64,000 bases of DNA from Nitrospira sp. (GTDB taxonomy: Bacteria; Nitrospirota; Nitrospiria; Nitrospirales; Nitrospiraceae): the NCBI GenBank assembly GCA_019636815.1, contig JAHBWT010000003.1, positions 8,086-72,085 of the forward strand. The letters run 5' to 3'. The translations under genes were made by a program, and so were the position numbers. Every line of letters begins with the position of its first letter. Positions within the stretch are counted from its first letter, which is position 1. Shown one piece after another: positions 10,215 to 19,900 of the stretch. The notes beneath the pieces are model-generated. The model ran no database searches, was not told the origin of the DNA, and saw only the letters and a program-made list of their open reading frames with translations.

Positions 10215-10511
10215 ATGATGAAACATTATACTTCAACCCTGCGGTCTAATCCTAACTATGACAGGGGGACACTCATGGCCCAGCCACGTGTTGCAGCCAA
10301 ACAACCATCTGTAATGGAACTGGAACCGGGAACCTATTACTGGTGTTCCTGCGGGCGTTCGCGGGACCAACCGTTTTGTGATGGCTCTCATCAGGGAACT
10401 GACTTTGAGCCGGTTGAATTCACTGTGGACGCGAAGAAAGAAGTGGCGTTGTGTCAGTGCAAACATACCAAGACCCCGCCGTTCTGCGACGGGACACATC
10501 AGGCACTCTGA
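10215..10511 (+). CDS. CDGSH iron-sulfur domain protein (two CDGSH motifs)
   Basis: CSCGRSRDQPFCDGSH and CQCKHTKTPPFCDGTH. In-frame ATG at 10215 preceded by AAGAGGAGGA; the track ORF starts earlier, at 10116. Confidence 0.8.
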   Translation: MMKHYTSTLRSNPNYDRGTLMAQPRVAAKQPSVMELEPGTYYWCSCGRSRDQPFCDGSHQGTDFEPVEFTVDAKKEVALCQCKHTKTPPFCDGTHQAL

Positions 10512-10548
10512 TGGCGCGATTCCCTCACAGGTTGCCCCTTCGTGTGCC

Positions 10549-12135
10549 ATGCCTCTTGAGCCGTTCCTGGCGGATGGTCCATACTGCCCGCGTATGAATA
10601 GGCCGGCCATATCCCCCTGTGAGGATCTTGCGGAGCGCTATCAAGCGCTCCTCGAAGTCGCGCAGGCGATCTCTGCGCAGCGAGACCTCGATCAACTGTT
10701 TCGTGATCTTGCCCATCGGCTTCCGCGTGTTGTACAGGTCAATTATGTCGATCTCTCCCTGCATGATCCCATCAAGAAACTGATGCGGTTGCATACCATT
10801 CAGGCCAATGTTCCGGCGGACCTTGTGGGAGGACATGAGGTCACGATTGAAGACTGTCCAGCCGGACTGGTGTGGCAAGAGCAACGACCGGTCCTTGTGC
10901 CGAAGTTGACCGAGGAGCGTCGTTGGCCAAAGGTGATCGGTTATATGAAGGAAGATGGGACGGAGTCGTTTTGTTTTGTTCCGCTCACCACGGCGAGGGG
11001 GCGGTTGGGTGCCATGGGATTCATGAGCTTGCAGAAAGAGGCTTATAGCGATAGGGATATCGAGTTTCTTCAACAAGTGGCTCAGCAGGTGGCGGTCGCG
11101 GTCGAAAACGCGCTGGCATTCCAACAAATTGCCGAGCTCAAAGATAAACTGGCGAAAGAGAAACTGTACCTCGAAGAGGAGCTCCGCATCGAGCACGGAT
11201 TTGAGGACATCATCGGTGACAGCAATGCCTTAAAGCAGGTACTCAAACAGGTGGAGGTCGTGGCCCCGACCGATTCGACCGTCTTGATTCAAGGGGAGAC
11301 GGGGACCGGCAAGGAACTCATTGCCCGCGCGATCCATCGTTTGAGTACCAGAGCAGAGCGGACGTTTGTCAAACTGAACTGCGCGGCCATTCCGACCGGA
11401 TTATTGGAGAGCGAGCTTTTCGGGCATGAACGAGGAGCATTCACCGGGGCGATTGCGCAGAAAGCCGGCCGATTTGAACTGGCTGATAAGGGCACGATCT
11501 TCCTCGATGAAGTCGGGGAGATCCCGTTAGAGTTGCAATCCAAACTGCTGCGTGTCTTGCAGGAGCAAGAATTTGAGCGATTGGGCAGCACCAAGACCAT
11601 TCGAGTCAACGTGCGGTTGATCGCCGCGACCAACCGGGATCTCAAGGGGTTGGTAGAGACCAAACAGTTTCGCAGTGACCTGTATTACCGGTTGAATGTG
11701 TTTCCGATCACCTTGCCGCCGCTACGTGAACGCCCGGAAGATATTCCTATCCTCGTCCGTTATTTTACCCAGCACTATGCCGTTCGCATGAAAAAGAATA
11801 TCCAAACGGTTCCCGCCAAGACGCTCGATATGCTCTCCCGATATGCCTGGCCAGGAAATGTTCGTGAACTCGAAAACATCGTCGAACGTTCCGTCATTCT
11901 CACGCATGGAACCGATCTCCAAGTGCCGATCAGTGAACTCCAGACGGAGAGCCGTCATGCCACCATCTCCGCAACAACGCTCGAAGAGGCCGAGCGTGAA
12001 CAGATTCTGCGCGCCTTGCGCGAAACGAAATGGGTCGTGGGGGGGGCGGCAGGCGCCGCGGCCCGGTTAGGTATTAAACGAACGACGCTTCAGTCTAAGA
12101 TGCAGAGGCTCGGCATCGCTCGTCTCCAAGCCTGA
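10549..12135 (+). CDS. sigma54-dependent transcriptional activator, GAF-AAA+-Fis HTH, no receiver domain
   Basis: GAF-like N-terminus, Walker A GETGTGKE, GAFTGA loop, C-terminal HTH (AAARLGIKRTTLQSKMQRLGI). Start uncertain: 10549 or 10594. Confidence 0.9.
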   Translation: MPLEPFLADGPYCPRMNRPAISPCEDLAERYQALLEVAQAISAQRDLDQLFRDLAHRLPRVVQVNYVDLSLHDPIKKLMRLHTIQANVPADLVGGHEVTIEDCPAGLVWQEQRPVLVPKLTEERRWPKVIGYMKEDGTESFCFVPLTTARGRLGAMGFMSLQKEAYSDRDIEFLQQVAQQVAVAVENALAFQQIAELKDKLAKEKLYLEEELRIEHGFEDIIGDSNALKQVLKQVEVVAPTDSTVLIQGETGTGKELIARAIHRLSTRAERTFVKLNCAAIPTGLLESELFGHERGAFTGAIAQKAGRFELADKGTIFLDEVGEIPLELQSKLLRVLQEQEFERLGSTKTIRVNVRLIAATNRDLKGLVETKQFRSDLYYRLNVFPITLPPLRERPEDIPILVRYFTQHYAVRMKKNIQTVPAKTLDMLSRYAWPGNVRELENIVERSVILTHGTDLQVPISELQTESRHATISATTLEEAEREQILRALRETKWVVGGAAGAAARLGIKRTTLQSKMQRLGIARLQA

Positions 12136-12236
12136 CGACTCATCGCGGTAGACCTACGCATCACGCGCGTCGCCTTTTGTCGACCCGGACGCCTCGCCGG
12201 TCGATTGAGAACGTTTCATTACCCGGTCCGCGAGGC

Positions 12237-13115
12237 TCACCGAGCAAGTGGCTCGGACGAGCCCACTTGCCCAAAGCGGCCGCTGTTGAAATCATTCGCG
12301 GCCTGCCTGATTTCTGCTTCGCTGTTCATCACGAACGGGCCATACCCCACCACTGGTTCGTCGATGGGCTCCCCCGTCAGGATGAGTACGATCGCCTCAT
12401 GATCGGTGTGGATGGTAACGTCGCTCCCGTCGCGCTCAAGCCGAACAATCTCCGCCTCGCCGGCAGTCTGGGTGCCGTTGATGACGACTTGGCCGGCGAG
12501 CACCGCAATCATGGTGTTGTGCCCCTCGGGAAGGTCCAGTGTGAGATCGATGGCTCGATCGAGGCGCAGATCCCAGAGGTTGACGGGCGTAAATGTGCGA
12601 GCCGGCCCACGAACACCGTGGAATTCTCCCGCGATGATCCGTGCCGTCCCACCCGCCAAGGGGACGACCGGAATGTCGGCGCTGGTGATCGCCTGGTAGC
12701 CAGGAGGACTCATTTTGTCTTTTGCCGGCAGATTGACCCACAGCTGGACCATCCGAAACGGGCCGCCTGTTTTGCTGTAGTTCGATGAATGGAATTCCTC
12801 ATGGATGATGCCGCGAGCTGCCGTCATCCATTGGACGTCGCCCGGTCCGATGACTCCACCATTTCCGGCGGAATCGCGGTGCGCAACTTCTCCATCATAG
12901 ACGATGGTGACCGTTTCGAATCCGCGATGCGGGTGCTGCCCCACGCCACGTGGATGATCGGTGGGATCGAACCGATGCGGCCCCGCATAATCAAACAGCA
13001 GGAACGGGCTGATGGCCGTGCTATCGTGGTGGTATGAAAACAGTGATCGAACGGGGAACCCATCCCCGACCCAATGACTCCCGTCGGCTCGCAGAATGTC
13101 GGCAATCTTCTTCAT
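12237..13115 (-). CDS. pirin family protein
   Basis: MKKIADIL..HPHRGFETVTIVYDGEVAHRDS cupin motif. ATG at 13115 preceded by GAAAGGAG. Confidence 0.9.
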   Translation of the reverse strand: MKKIADILRADGSHWVGDGFPVRSLFSYHHDSTAISPFLLFDYAGPHRFDPTDHPRGVGQHPHRGFETVTIVYDGEVAHRDSAGNGGVIGPGDVQWMTAARGIIHEEFHSSNYSKTGGPFRMVQLWVNLPAKDKMSPPGYQAITSADIPVVPLAGGTARIIAGEFHGVRGPARTFTPVNLWDLRLDRAIDLTLDLPEGHNTMIAVLAGQVVINGTQTAGEAEIVRLERDGSDVTIHTDHEAIVLILTGEPIDEPVVGYGPFVMNSEAEIRQAANDFNSGRFGQVGSSEPLAR

Positions 13116-13169
13116 GGCTGCTCCTTTCTCGATGCGATGTCTTGACCGTTCATCTCTCGTTGATAAGGT

Positions 13170-13197
13170 AGTATAGGCTCGCCTCAACAACTTTCAA
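13170..13197 (-). promoter_or_regulatory. candidate sigma70 promoter for the pirin gene
   Basis: On the minus strand, TTGAAA-N16-TATACT about 50 nt upstream of the pirin ATG. Confidence 0.35.
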
Positions 13198-13251
13198 GTA
13201 CGGTCCAGGAGGATACCGTCAGTGACCAAGCTTCCACTATCTCGCAGTTCA

Positions 13252-13269
13252 TGCCGATCTATTTCGGCA
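13252..13269. promoter_or_regulatory. palindrome TGCCGA-N6-TCGGCA (candidate enhancer/UAS)
   Basis: Perfect inverted repeat about 138 nt upstream of the -24 GG at 13399; an extra TTCGGCA half-site lies at 13281-13287. Confidence 0.35.
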
Positions 13270-13397
13270 CGTGACGATTCTTCGGCATCTGCCCATCGTC
13301 AATTGTCATCCGTCTGCAAGGGATCTTCCTGTTCACCTCATCTAGTTCGCTCACAATTCCAGAGAATTGCGCAGCATGCTCCATCACAGTAACCTGT

Positions 13398-13412
13398 TGG
13401 AATGCTCTTTGC
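13398..13412 (+). promoter_or_regulatory. candidate sigma54 -24/-12 promoter P1
   Basis: TGGAATGCTCTTTGC has GG-N10-GC spacing with TTGC at -12. It lies 47 nt upstream of the ATG at 13459. Confidence 0.55.
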
Positions 13413-13458
13413 CCTTCGACGTGGGTAGCATCACCCAAAAGGAAGCGGAGGTAACGTT

Positions 13459-13596
13459 ATGAATGAGATGATTCTACAGAGTTTATGGTACGGCATATTC
13501 GCAACCCTGCCGCTGGTTATGACAAGGATGTTGATCAGGAATGCGATGGTGAGGGCGATTGCGCATTGGCGGCCCTCTTCCACCAGTTCTAGATAG
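13459..13596 (+). CDS. unlisted 45-aa small ORF (hydrophobic N-half)
   Basis: ATG preceded by GGAGG 8 nt upstream. [45 protein letters not shown] ends 11 nt before the doxX-like start. Confidence 0.35.
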   Translation: MNEMILQSLWYGIFATLPLVMTRMLIRNAMVRAIAHWRPSSTSSR

Positions 13597-13607
13597 GGGG
13601 GTGTCCC

Positions 13608-14054
13608 ATGTCATTTTTTAAGACCGATGATTCGTGGGCCGGTCTCATCCTTCGGGTTGGGCTCGGCGTGGTGATGTTCGCGCATGGCGCTCAGAAGCTC
13701 CTAGGCTGGTTTGGTGGAAACGGCTTTGAAGGAACGCTGGGTTTCTTCACGCAGAAGATGGGGCTACCATGGCTCGTGGCCTTTCTCGTCATCATCGGAG
13801 AGTCCCTCGGTAGTGTAGGACTCATTGTCGGATTCCTGACACGATTCACGGCGGCAAGTTTTATCGTGATCATGCTCGGTGCGATCGCCACGGTGCATTG
13901 GCCGTACGGGTTCTACATGAACTGGTTCGGGCTGCAACAGGGAGAAGGATTTGAATATCATCTCCTGGTCATCGCCATGAGCGCTGCCCTTGTCGTGATC
14001 GGGGGAGGGAAATGGTCTGTGGATGGCATCATTGCCGCTTGGCTTGAGAGGTGA
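13608..14054 (+). CDS. DoxX family membrane protein
   Basis: 148 aa, four TM; [23 protein letters not shown] is a DoxX signature. Confidence 0.85.
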   Translation: MSFFKTDDSWAGLILRVGLGVVMFAHGAQKLLGWFGGNGFEGTLGFFTQKMGLPWLVAFLVIIGESLGSVGLIVGFLTRFTAASFIVIMLGAIATVHWPYGFYMNWFGLQQGEGFEYHLLVIAMSAALVVIGGGKWSVDGIIAAWLER

Positions 14055-14225
14055 AAGAGTTTCAAAACAGCTGGGGAAAGCTGTGAAAAACGAACGTTAT
14101 GAGGCGGTCGCGCCGTGTTCTGATGAGCGAATTTTATGGTTGACTTGTAACAAGATAAGGCGGTATCAGACCGGACCAGGGAACTGTTGGACGAAACAGT
14201 TGGCTAATCTAGAAAGGAGCATAAG

Positions 14226-14762
14226 GTGAGAAGAATCAATTATTTGTTGTTATGTGCGCTAGGAATGGTTTTCTTCCTGGGGCAAGGCAACGGCTCTTTG
14301 GGGTACGCGAAAACCGTTGAGGCAGGAGATTCCAGTTCAAGTTGGAGCGGGACGGGCGAGTTCATGGAACTTGGGGCCGGAGATCAAGTCGTCAATGGAA
14401 TAGTCAAAGGAGTGCTGATCTCCCGTCATAAGGACGGAGGCAAGATGATTGTTCATTCGTCCAGATTGGCCTGCCCGGTGCGTGTCAACCTCAATAGAAG
14501 CAAGGATTATCAGGCGATGGAAGGACTCTGCACCATCGTGGCGCATGAAAGGAAAGATGTTGCGTATGGCCACTGGAAGTGCGTTGGGAACTTAAAAGAG
14601 TGCGTGGGCGATTTCACGTTTACGGGTGGTTCCGGTGGATTCACTGGCATGTCAGGAACCACTCCTTTTCAGACCAGCATCGTCTTTGAGCTCCAGGAAG
14701 GGAAAATGGGTCAAGCGATCGGGTATGCAGTCTGGCCGAACTTGACGTATATACTGCCTTAG
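14226..14762 (+). CDS. secreted hypothetical protein
   Basis: GTG start with AAGGAG 6 nt upstream; signal peptide MRRINYLLLCALGMVFFLGQGNGSLGYA; six further Cys after the signal peptide; no family recognised. Confidence 0.6.
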   Translation: MRRINYLLLCALGMVFFLGQGNGSLGYAKTVEAGDSSSSWSGTGEFMELGAGDQVVNGIVKGVLISRHKDGGKMIVHSSRLACPVRVNLNRSKDYQAMEGLCTIVAHERKDVAYGHWKCVGNLKECVGDFTFTGGSGGFTGMSGTTPFQTSIVFELQEGKMGQAIGYAVWPNLTYILP

Positions 14763-14776
14763 AGCCTCCATTTCTT

Positions 14777-14809
14777 CCGGCACGCGCCGATCATTCGGCA
14801 GCGTGCCGG
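14777..14809. promoter_or_regulatory. 33-nt hairpin/palindrome containing GCCGA-N4-TCGGC
   Basis: CCGGCACGCGCCGA TCAT TCGGCAGCGTGCCGG, with no U-tract. It could act both as the terminator of the preceding gene and as the UAS for P2, about 113 nt downstream. Confidence 0.35.
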
Positions 14810-14904
14810 ATCATCGGCAGATTCTCACCGCAGTACATTCCTTTCGGCGAAGTAACTCGTAATTATTTCGGCAGCTTCAATAGTGCCGGCTCATCAACGA
14901 TTTC

Positions 14905-14919
14905 TGGAATGTATGTTGC
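14905..14919 (+). promoter_or_regulatory. candidate sigma54 -24/-12 promoter P2
   Basis: TGGAATGTATGTTGC has GG-N10-GC spacing and is almost identical to P1. It lies 40 nt upstream of the ATG at 14960. Confidence 0.55.
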
Positions 14920-14959
14920 CAAATAAAAATGGTGAACCCTTAAGCAAGGGAGGTCGATC

Positions 14960-15196
14960 ATGGCGACGGTGGGATTACTGGAGAAAAAACCGACAGGGCG
15001 GGAGAGCCAAACCGATTCCATACGTTGTGACAGGTGCAGGGGCCTGATGATCATTGAAGAGTCTTTCGATTCTATAGCCGGGGCAGCTCATGGCGATTTT
15101 CTGGTGAGGCGTTGTGTGCAGTGCGGAGAAGTTGTCGATCCCGTTATTTTGCAGAATCGCCGATCGCAGCTCGGTAATAATCCAGCCGAGCCATAA
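14960..15196 (+). CDS. small C4 zinc-ribbon protein (paralog of 34459..34710)
   Basis: GGGAGG RBS. CDRC-x25-CVQCGEVVDPVI has the same spacing and motif as the second copy. Confidence 0.6.
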   Translation: MATVGLLEKKPTGRESQTDSIRCDRCRGLMIIEESFDSIAGAAHGDFLVRRCVQCGEVVDPVILQNRRSQLGNNPAEP

Positions 15197-15212
15197 AGTG
15201 ACAGACTACGGC

Positions 15213-15560
15213 ATGCTGAAGATCACTCAACAACGAGGCGTATCACCACACTCGCTCTTGCTCGTACTCGAGGGACGATTGGCGGGCTCTTGGGTTGAGG
15301 AGCTCGACGCGTATTGGCGAAAAATGTCCGAGGAGGATCACCAGCGCGCAGTGATCGACTTGGTCGGTGTGACGTTCGTCGATGCGGGCGGCAAGTCGGT
15401 CTTGGCACGCCTGTGGAGGCAAGGGGCGGAGCTACGGGCATCCGGCTGTTTGACGCGGTGTATCGTCGAAGAGATCACCAGGGGCGGTAGGTTCAATCCA
15501 TCGAGTAAGAGCAAGGGAGAGGACACGCTTGCTTCGAGAGCGACGCAAGAGGAAACGTGA
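15213..15560 (+). CDS. STAS domain protein (anti-sigma-antagonist-like)
   Basis: Inner start MLKITQQ. LVLEGRLAG..VIDLVGVTFVDAGGKSVLARL is a STAS pattern, but with DAGG instead of the phosphorylatable DSSG. Confidence 0.7.
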   Translation: MLKITQQRGVSPHSLLLVLEGRLAGSWVEELDAYWRKMSEEDHQRAVIDLVGVTFVDAGGKSVLARLWRQGAELRASGCLTRCIVEEITRGGRFNPSSKSKGEDTLASRATQEET

Positions 15561-15694
15561 AATGTGCGATCATCCGGGCGTTAAAGTGGCGGGGGGAGGT
15601 ACTCCGTCTTGGACTTGTCGCAGTCTCATCCGTCTCGATATAGTGACGTGTTTTGCCTTATCGAGGAAATGGCGATGAAGTTAGGAATAACCGC

Positions 15695-16936
15695 ATGAGG
15701 TTTTTGGATGTGTATTTTTTCAGACTCTTCGCTTTATTGATGACATCAGTCGTGATAGCCGCGGTGCTTGGATGCAAAGATGACGTAGGTTCTGCTCCTG
15801 CACCACCTCCGATCCCGCAGGTAGAAGTCGTGACGGCGATCGCGCGGACCGTGCCGGATGAACCGGAATTCATCGGACAGGCGGAGGCGTCTCGTCCGGT
15901 TGAAATTCGCCCTCAAGTCACCGGTATCCTGAAAGCCGTGTTGTTTTCGGAAGGGCGAGAGGTGAAAAAAGGCACCAAGCTCTACCAGATCGATCCAGTG
16001 CCGTTTGAGGCGACTTACAAAAGCGCGCAGGCTAGGATCGCGGAAGCGGAAGCGCGGTTGGTCCAAGCCAAACAGGATCTGGCCCGTGTTAAACCGTTGC
16101 TCGTAGAGCAGGCCGTCAGCCAAAAAGACGTGGACGACGCCGTCGCGGAGGATTTAGCCGCGAAGGCCGGTTTGCAAAGAGCTCAGGCCGATGTGATCAA
16201 GGCCAAGTTCGATTTCGATAACACCACAATCGTCGCTCCAATCACCGGCCTCATCGAGCGAAGCCGGTATTACGAGGGCCGGCTGGTTTCGGCTCAAACC
16301 GATTTGCTGACCATTATTCATCGTATCCATCCGATGTATGTGGTGGTCAATGTCCCGGAGACGTTTCTGCTCAAACGACGTCAGGATGCTATCGCCGTGG
16401 GGCTTCAACATCCCGGCCTCACTCAGCTGAAAGGCACGGTCATCCTGGCCGACGGCAGCACCTATCCCCATGAAGGCGTCCTCGATTTTACCGATGTCGG
16501 CCTGCGGACCGAAACGGGATCGAGGCGGGCCCGATTCGTCGTCCCCAATCCCGACGGAATGCTGCTGCCCGGGCAATTTGTGAGTGTACGCTTTAAGGGA
16601 ACAGTGAAAGACCATGCCTTGTTGGTGCCTCAGCGAGCGGTCCAGCAAGGGCCCCAGGGGCCGATCGTGTTTATCGTGGGCGAAGACGATAAGGTGGAAA
16701 TTCGGCCCGTCAAGGCGAGCAGCTGGCAAGACCAGCAATGGATCATCGAGTCGGGCGTGCGGTCCGGCGAACGGGTGATCGTCAGCGGCTTCCACACCGT
16801 GACGCCGGGAGCCCCCGTCAGACCGATTCCGGCCGCCGAGTCAAAGGACAACGGAAAACCGAACAACGGAACGTCGGTCGGCATGACCGACCCTGCTTCG
16901 GACACGAAGCCCGAAGCCTTGAAGGATTCGCAGTGA
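15695..16936 (+). CDS. RND efflux periplasmic adaptor (MFP) lipoprotein
   Basis: AAVLGC lipobox; HlyD/AcrA-like (KLYQIDPVPFEA.., TTIVAPITGLI). Confidence 0.9.
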   Translation: MRFLDVYFFRLFALLMTSVVIAAVLGCKDDVGSAPAPPPIPQVEVVTAIARTVPDEPEFIGQAEASRPVEIRPQVTGILKAVLFSEGREVKKGTKLYQIDPVPFEATYKSAQARIAEAEARLVQAKQDLARVKPLLVEQAVSQKDVDDAVAEDLAAKAGLQRAQADVIKAKFDFDNTTIVAPITGLIERSRYYEGRLVSAQTDLLTIIHRIHPMYVVVNVPETFLLKRRQDAIAVGLQHPGLTQLKGTVILADGSTYPHEGVLDFTDVGLRTETGSRRARFVVPNPDGMLLPGQFVSVRFKGTVKDHALLVPQRAVQQGPQGPIVFIVGEDDKVEIRPVKASSWQDQQWIIESGVRSGERVIVSGFHTVTPGAPVRPIPAAESKDNGKPNNGTSVGMTDPASDTKPEALKDSQ

Positions 16937-19900
16937 GCTCACGTTTTTTCATCGAACGGCCGATCTTCGCGTCGGTCATCTCCATCGTCATCATTGTCAT
17001 CGGACTCGTGGCGCTCGCCACCCTGCCCATCGCTCAATTTCCCGATATCAGCCCGCCCGTCGTACAGATCGAAGCAGACTATCCAGGCGCCAGCGCGGAA
17101 GTCGCGGCGGATTCGGTGGCGCGAACGATCGAGGTTCAGCTCCCGGGCATCGACAACCTCCTGTATTACGATTCCACGAGCACAAACGACGGCCACGTCA
17201 GCATCAGGTTGACGTTCGAGATCGGCACCAACGTGGATATCGCGCAAGTGCAGACACAAAATCGCGTGAAGCTCGCCGAGCCGCAATTGCCCCCCGAAGT
17301 GGTCCGACAGGGGATCAGCGTCTTGAAGTTTTCCCCCGATCTCCTGGTGGTCGTCGCGATGAGTTCGACCGATCCGACCCACGACTCGGTCTTTATCTCG
17401 AATTATGCGTTGTTGCGTGTCCTGGACAATCTCAAGCGGATCCGTGGAGTGGGACAGGCCGTCGTCTTCGGACAACAAAATTACTCGATGCGCTTGGTCT
17501 TGAACCCTGTGCGGATGGCTCAGCTTGGGCTGACGCCCACTGATATCGCCGCCATTGTTCGGGAACAAAACCGCGATTTCCCTGCCGGACAAGTGGGCCG
17601 CGAGCCGGCGCCGAAGGGGACGGAGCTCACGATTCCCATCATGACGCAGGGACGATTGACGGAAGTGAGTGATTTCGAAAATCTCATCGTTCGAGCCATG
17701 CCGGACGGATCGGTGATCCGCCTGAAGGACGTCGCGCGGGTTGAATTGGGAGCCCAATCGTACGTGATGCAGGGTCGATGGAACGGGAAACCGAACGTGT
17801 TTCTCATCACGTTCCTGGCTCCCGGTGCCAACGCGCTCGATACGGCCAAACACATTCGCGCTGAGATGAACGAACTCGCCAAGGCGTTTCCGCCGGGGCT
17901 GATGTACGACATTCCTTACGACACGACCAAGTTCATCGAGGTGTCGATCAAGGAAGTGCTCAAGACGCTGGCCGAGGCGATGACCCTCGTCATTCTTGTC
18001 GTGTATCTGTTCCTGCAGAGTTGGCGAGCCACCTTGATCCCCGCCACCGCGGTTCCGGTTTCACTGATCGGCACATTTGCCGGTATGGAGGCCTTGGGGT
18101 TTTCCATCAATACGCTCACTCTCTTCGGCATGGTGCTGGCTATCGGCATCGTGGTGGACGATGCCATCGTCGTCGTCGAGAACGTCGAGCGGCACATGAG
18201 GGAGGAATCCGTGTCGCCGCGGGAAGCCGCCAGAAGGGCCATGGCGGAAGTCACCCGTCCGGTAATCGCGATCGTCCTCGTATTGGTATCCGTGTTCGTG
18301 CCGGTCGCGTTTCTCGGCGGAATCATCGGCGAACTCTATAAACAATTTGCCATCACGATCGCCATGGCGGTGACCATCTCGGGGCTGGTGGCCTTGACGC
18401 TCAGCCCCGCGTTGTCGGCGCTGGTGTTGAAGCCGGGCGGTGAACATCATGAGACGGGCTTTTTCGCGTGGTTCAACAGGTTTTTTGACTGGACACGGGA
18501 GCGCTATTCCAGAGCCGTGGATGTCGTGATCAGATGGCGGGCCGTGTCTTTCTCGGTGTTTGCGGTGATCGTGGTCGCGGCCTTGGGACTCTTTCGCATG
18601 ATTCCTCCCGCCTTTTTGCCGGACGAGGACCAAGGGTATTTCATCACGATCGTGCAGCTGCCCGACGGCGCGTCCAAGCAACGGACCGATGAAGTCCTCC
18701 AGAAGATCGAACGGTATTTTCTCTCGGTCCCGGCCGTCCACTCGACCGATGCGATGTCCGGCATGAACTTCGTCTTCAATACGCGGGGTCCTAATTCCGC
18801 CACCATGTTCATTCCATTGCACCACTGGGACGAGCGCAAGTCGGGTGAGCATGTTCAGGCGTTGGTCGGGGCGGCCTACGGAGAGTTCGCAAAAATTCCC
18901 GAGGCCTTGGTTCTCGCGTTCAATGCCCCGCCGATCCGCGGGATCGGTGCGACGGGCGGATTCTCGCTGCAAGTCCAGGATCCGAGCGGGGGAGACTTCC
19001 AGGAATTGGCCGCAGCCACTCAGGAATTCGTGGCGAAAGCGAAGGAAAATCCGGCGATCGCCGGGATCGGGTCCAATTTCCGCGTCACCGCGCCCAGATT
19101 GTTCGCTCGCGTCAACCGCGAGAGGGCGAAGGCGTTGGGAGTGCCGATTTCGGAAATCTTCGATACGATGCAGGCATACTTCGGCAATTTCTATATCAAC
19201 GACTTTCTCAAATTCGGTCGAGTCTATCGCGTTCAGACGGAGGCCGAGGCTGAGTTCCGCGCGAGCCCAGACGATATCGGGAAAGTGTACGTGCGATCGC
19301 TGAGCCCAGCCGTCACGGCACTCGGCGGCTCCGGCCTCGGAGGGATGATGATTCCGCTCGATACAGTGGTCGATACTGAGTTCACGAGCGGTCCCGATCC
19401 GGTGACCCATTTCAACGGGTTCAACACAGCCTGGGTGCTGGGAGCCGCGTCGCCCGGCTACAGTTCCGGTCAGGCGTTGGAGGCGCTCGAACGTACGGCG
19501 CAAGAGGTGTTGCTTCCCAAGGGGTACACCCTCGAATGGAGCGGCATTTCGTATCAAGAAGCGAAAGTCGGGGGGCAGTCGGGGTTGGCGTTCGGGTTCG
19601 GCCTCTTGATGGTCTTTCTGGTGCTGGCGGCGCAGTTTGAAAGCTGGACCGTGCCGCTCGCCGTCATTCTCGCGGTACCGTTCGGCGCCTTCGGCGCCAT
19701 GTCCGCCGTGTGGCTGAGAGGAATGACGAACGACGTGTATTTCCAGATCGGCTTGGTCACGCTGATCGGATTGGCGGCTAAAAATGCCATCTTGATCGTC
19801 GAATTCGCCAATCATCGCCGAAGCGACGGCATGCCGCTCCAGCAGGCGGCAAAGGAAGCGGCGCGGTTGCGGTTTCGGGCGATCATCATGACCTCCATGG

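Noticed and set aside
14023-14229. 68-aa ORF between doxX and the secreted-protein gene.
   Set aside because: It overlaps the doxX 3' end, has no RBS, and is hydrophilic with no features. It is likely non-coding spacer.
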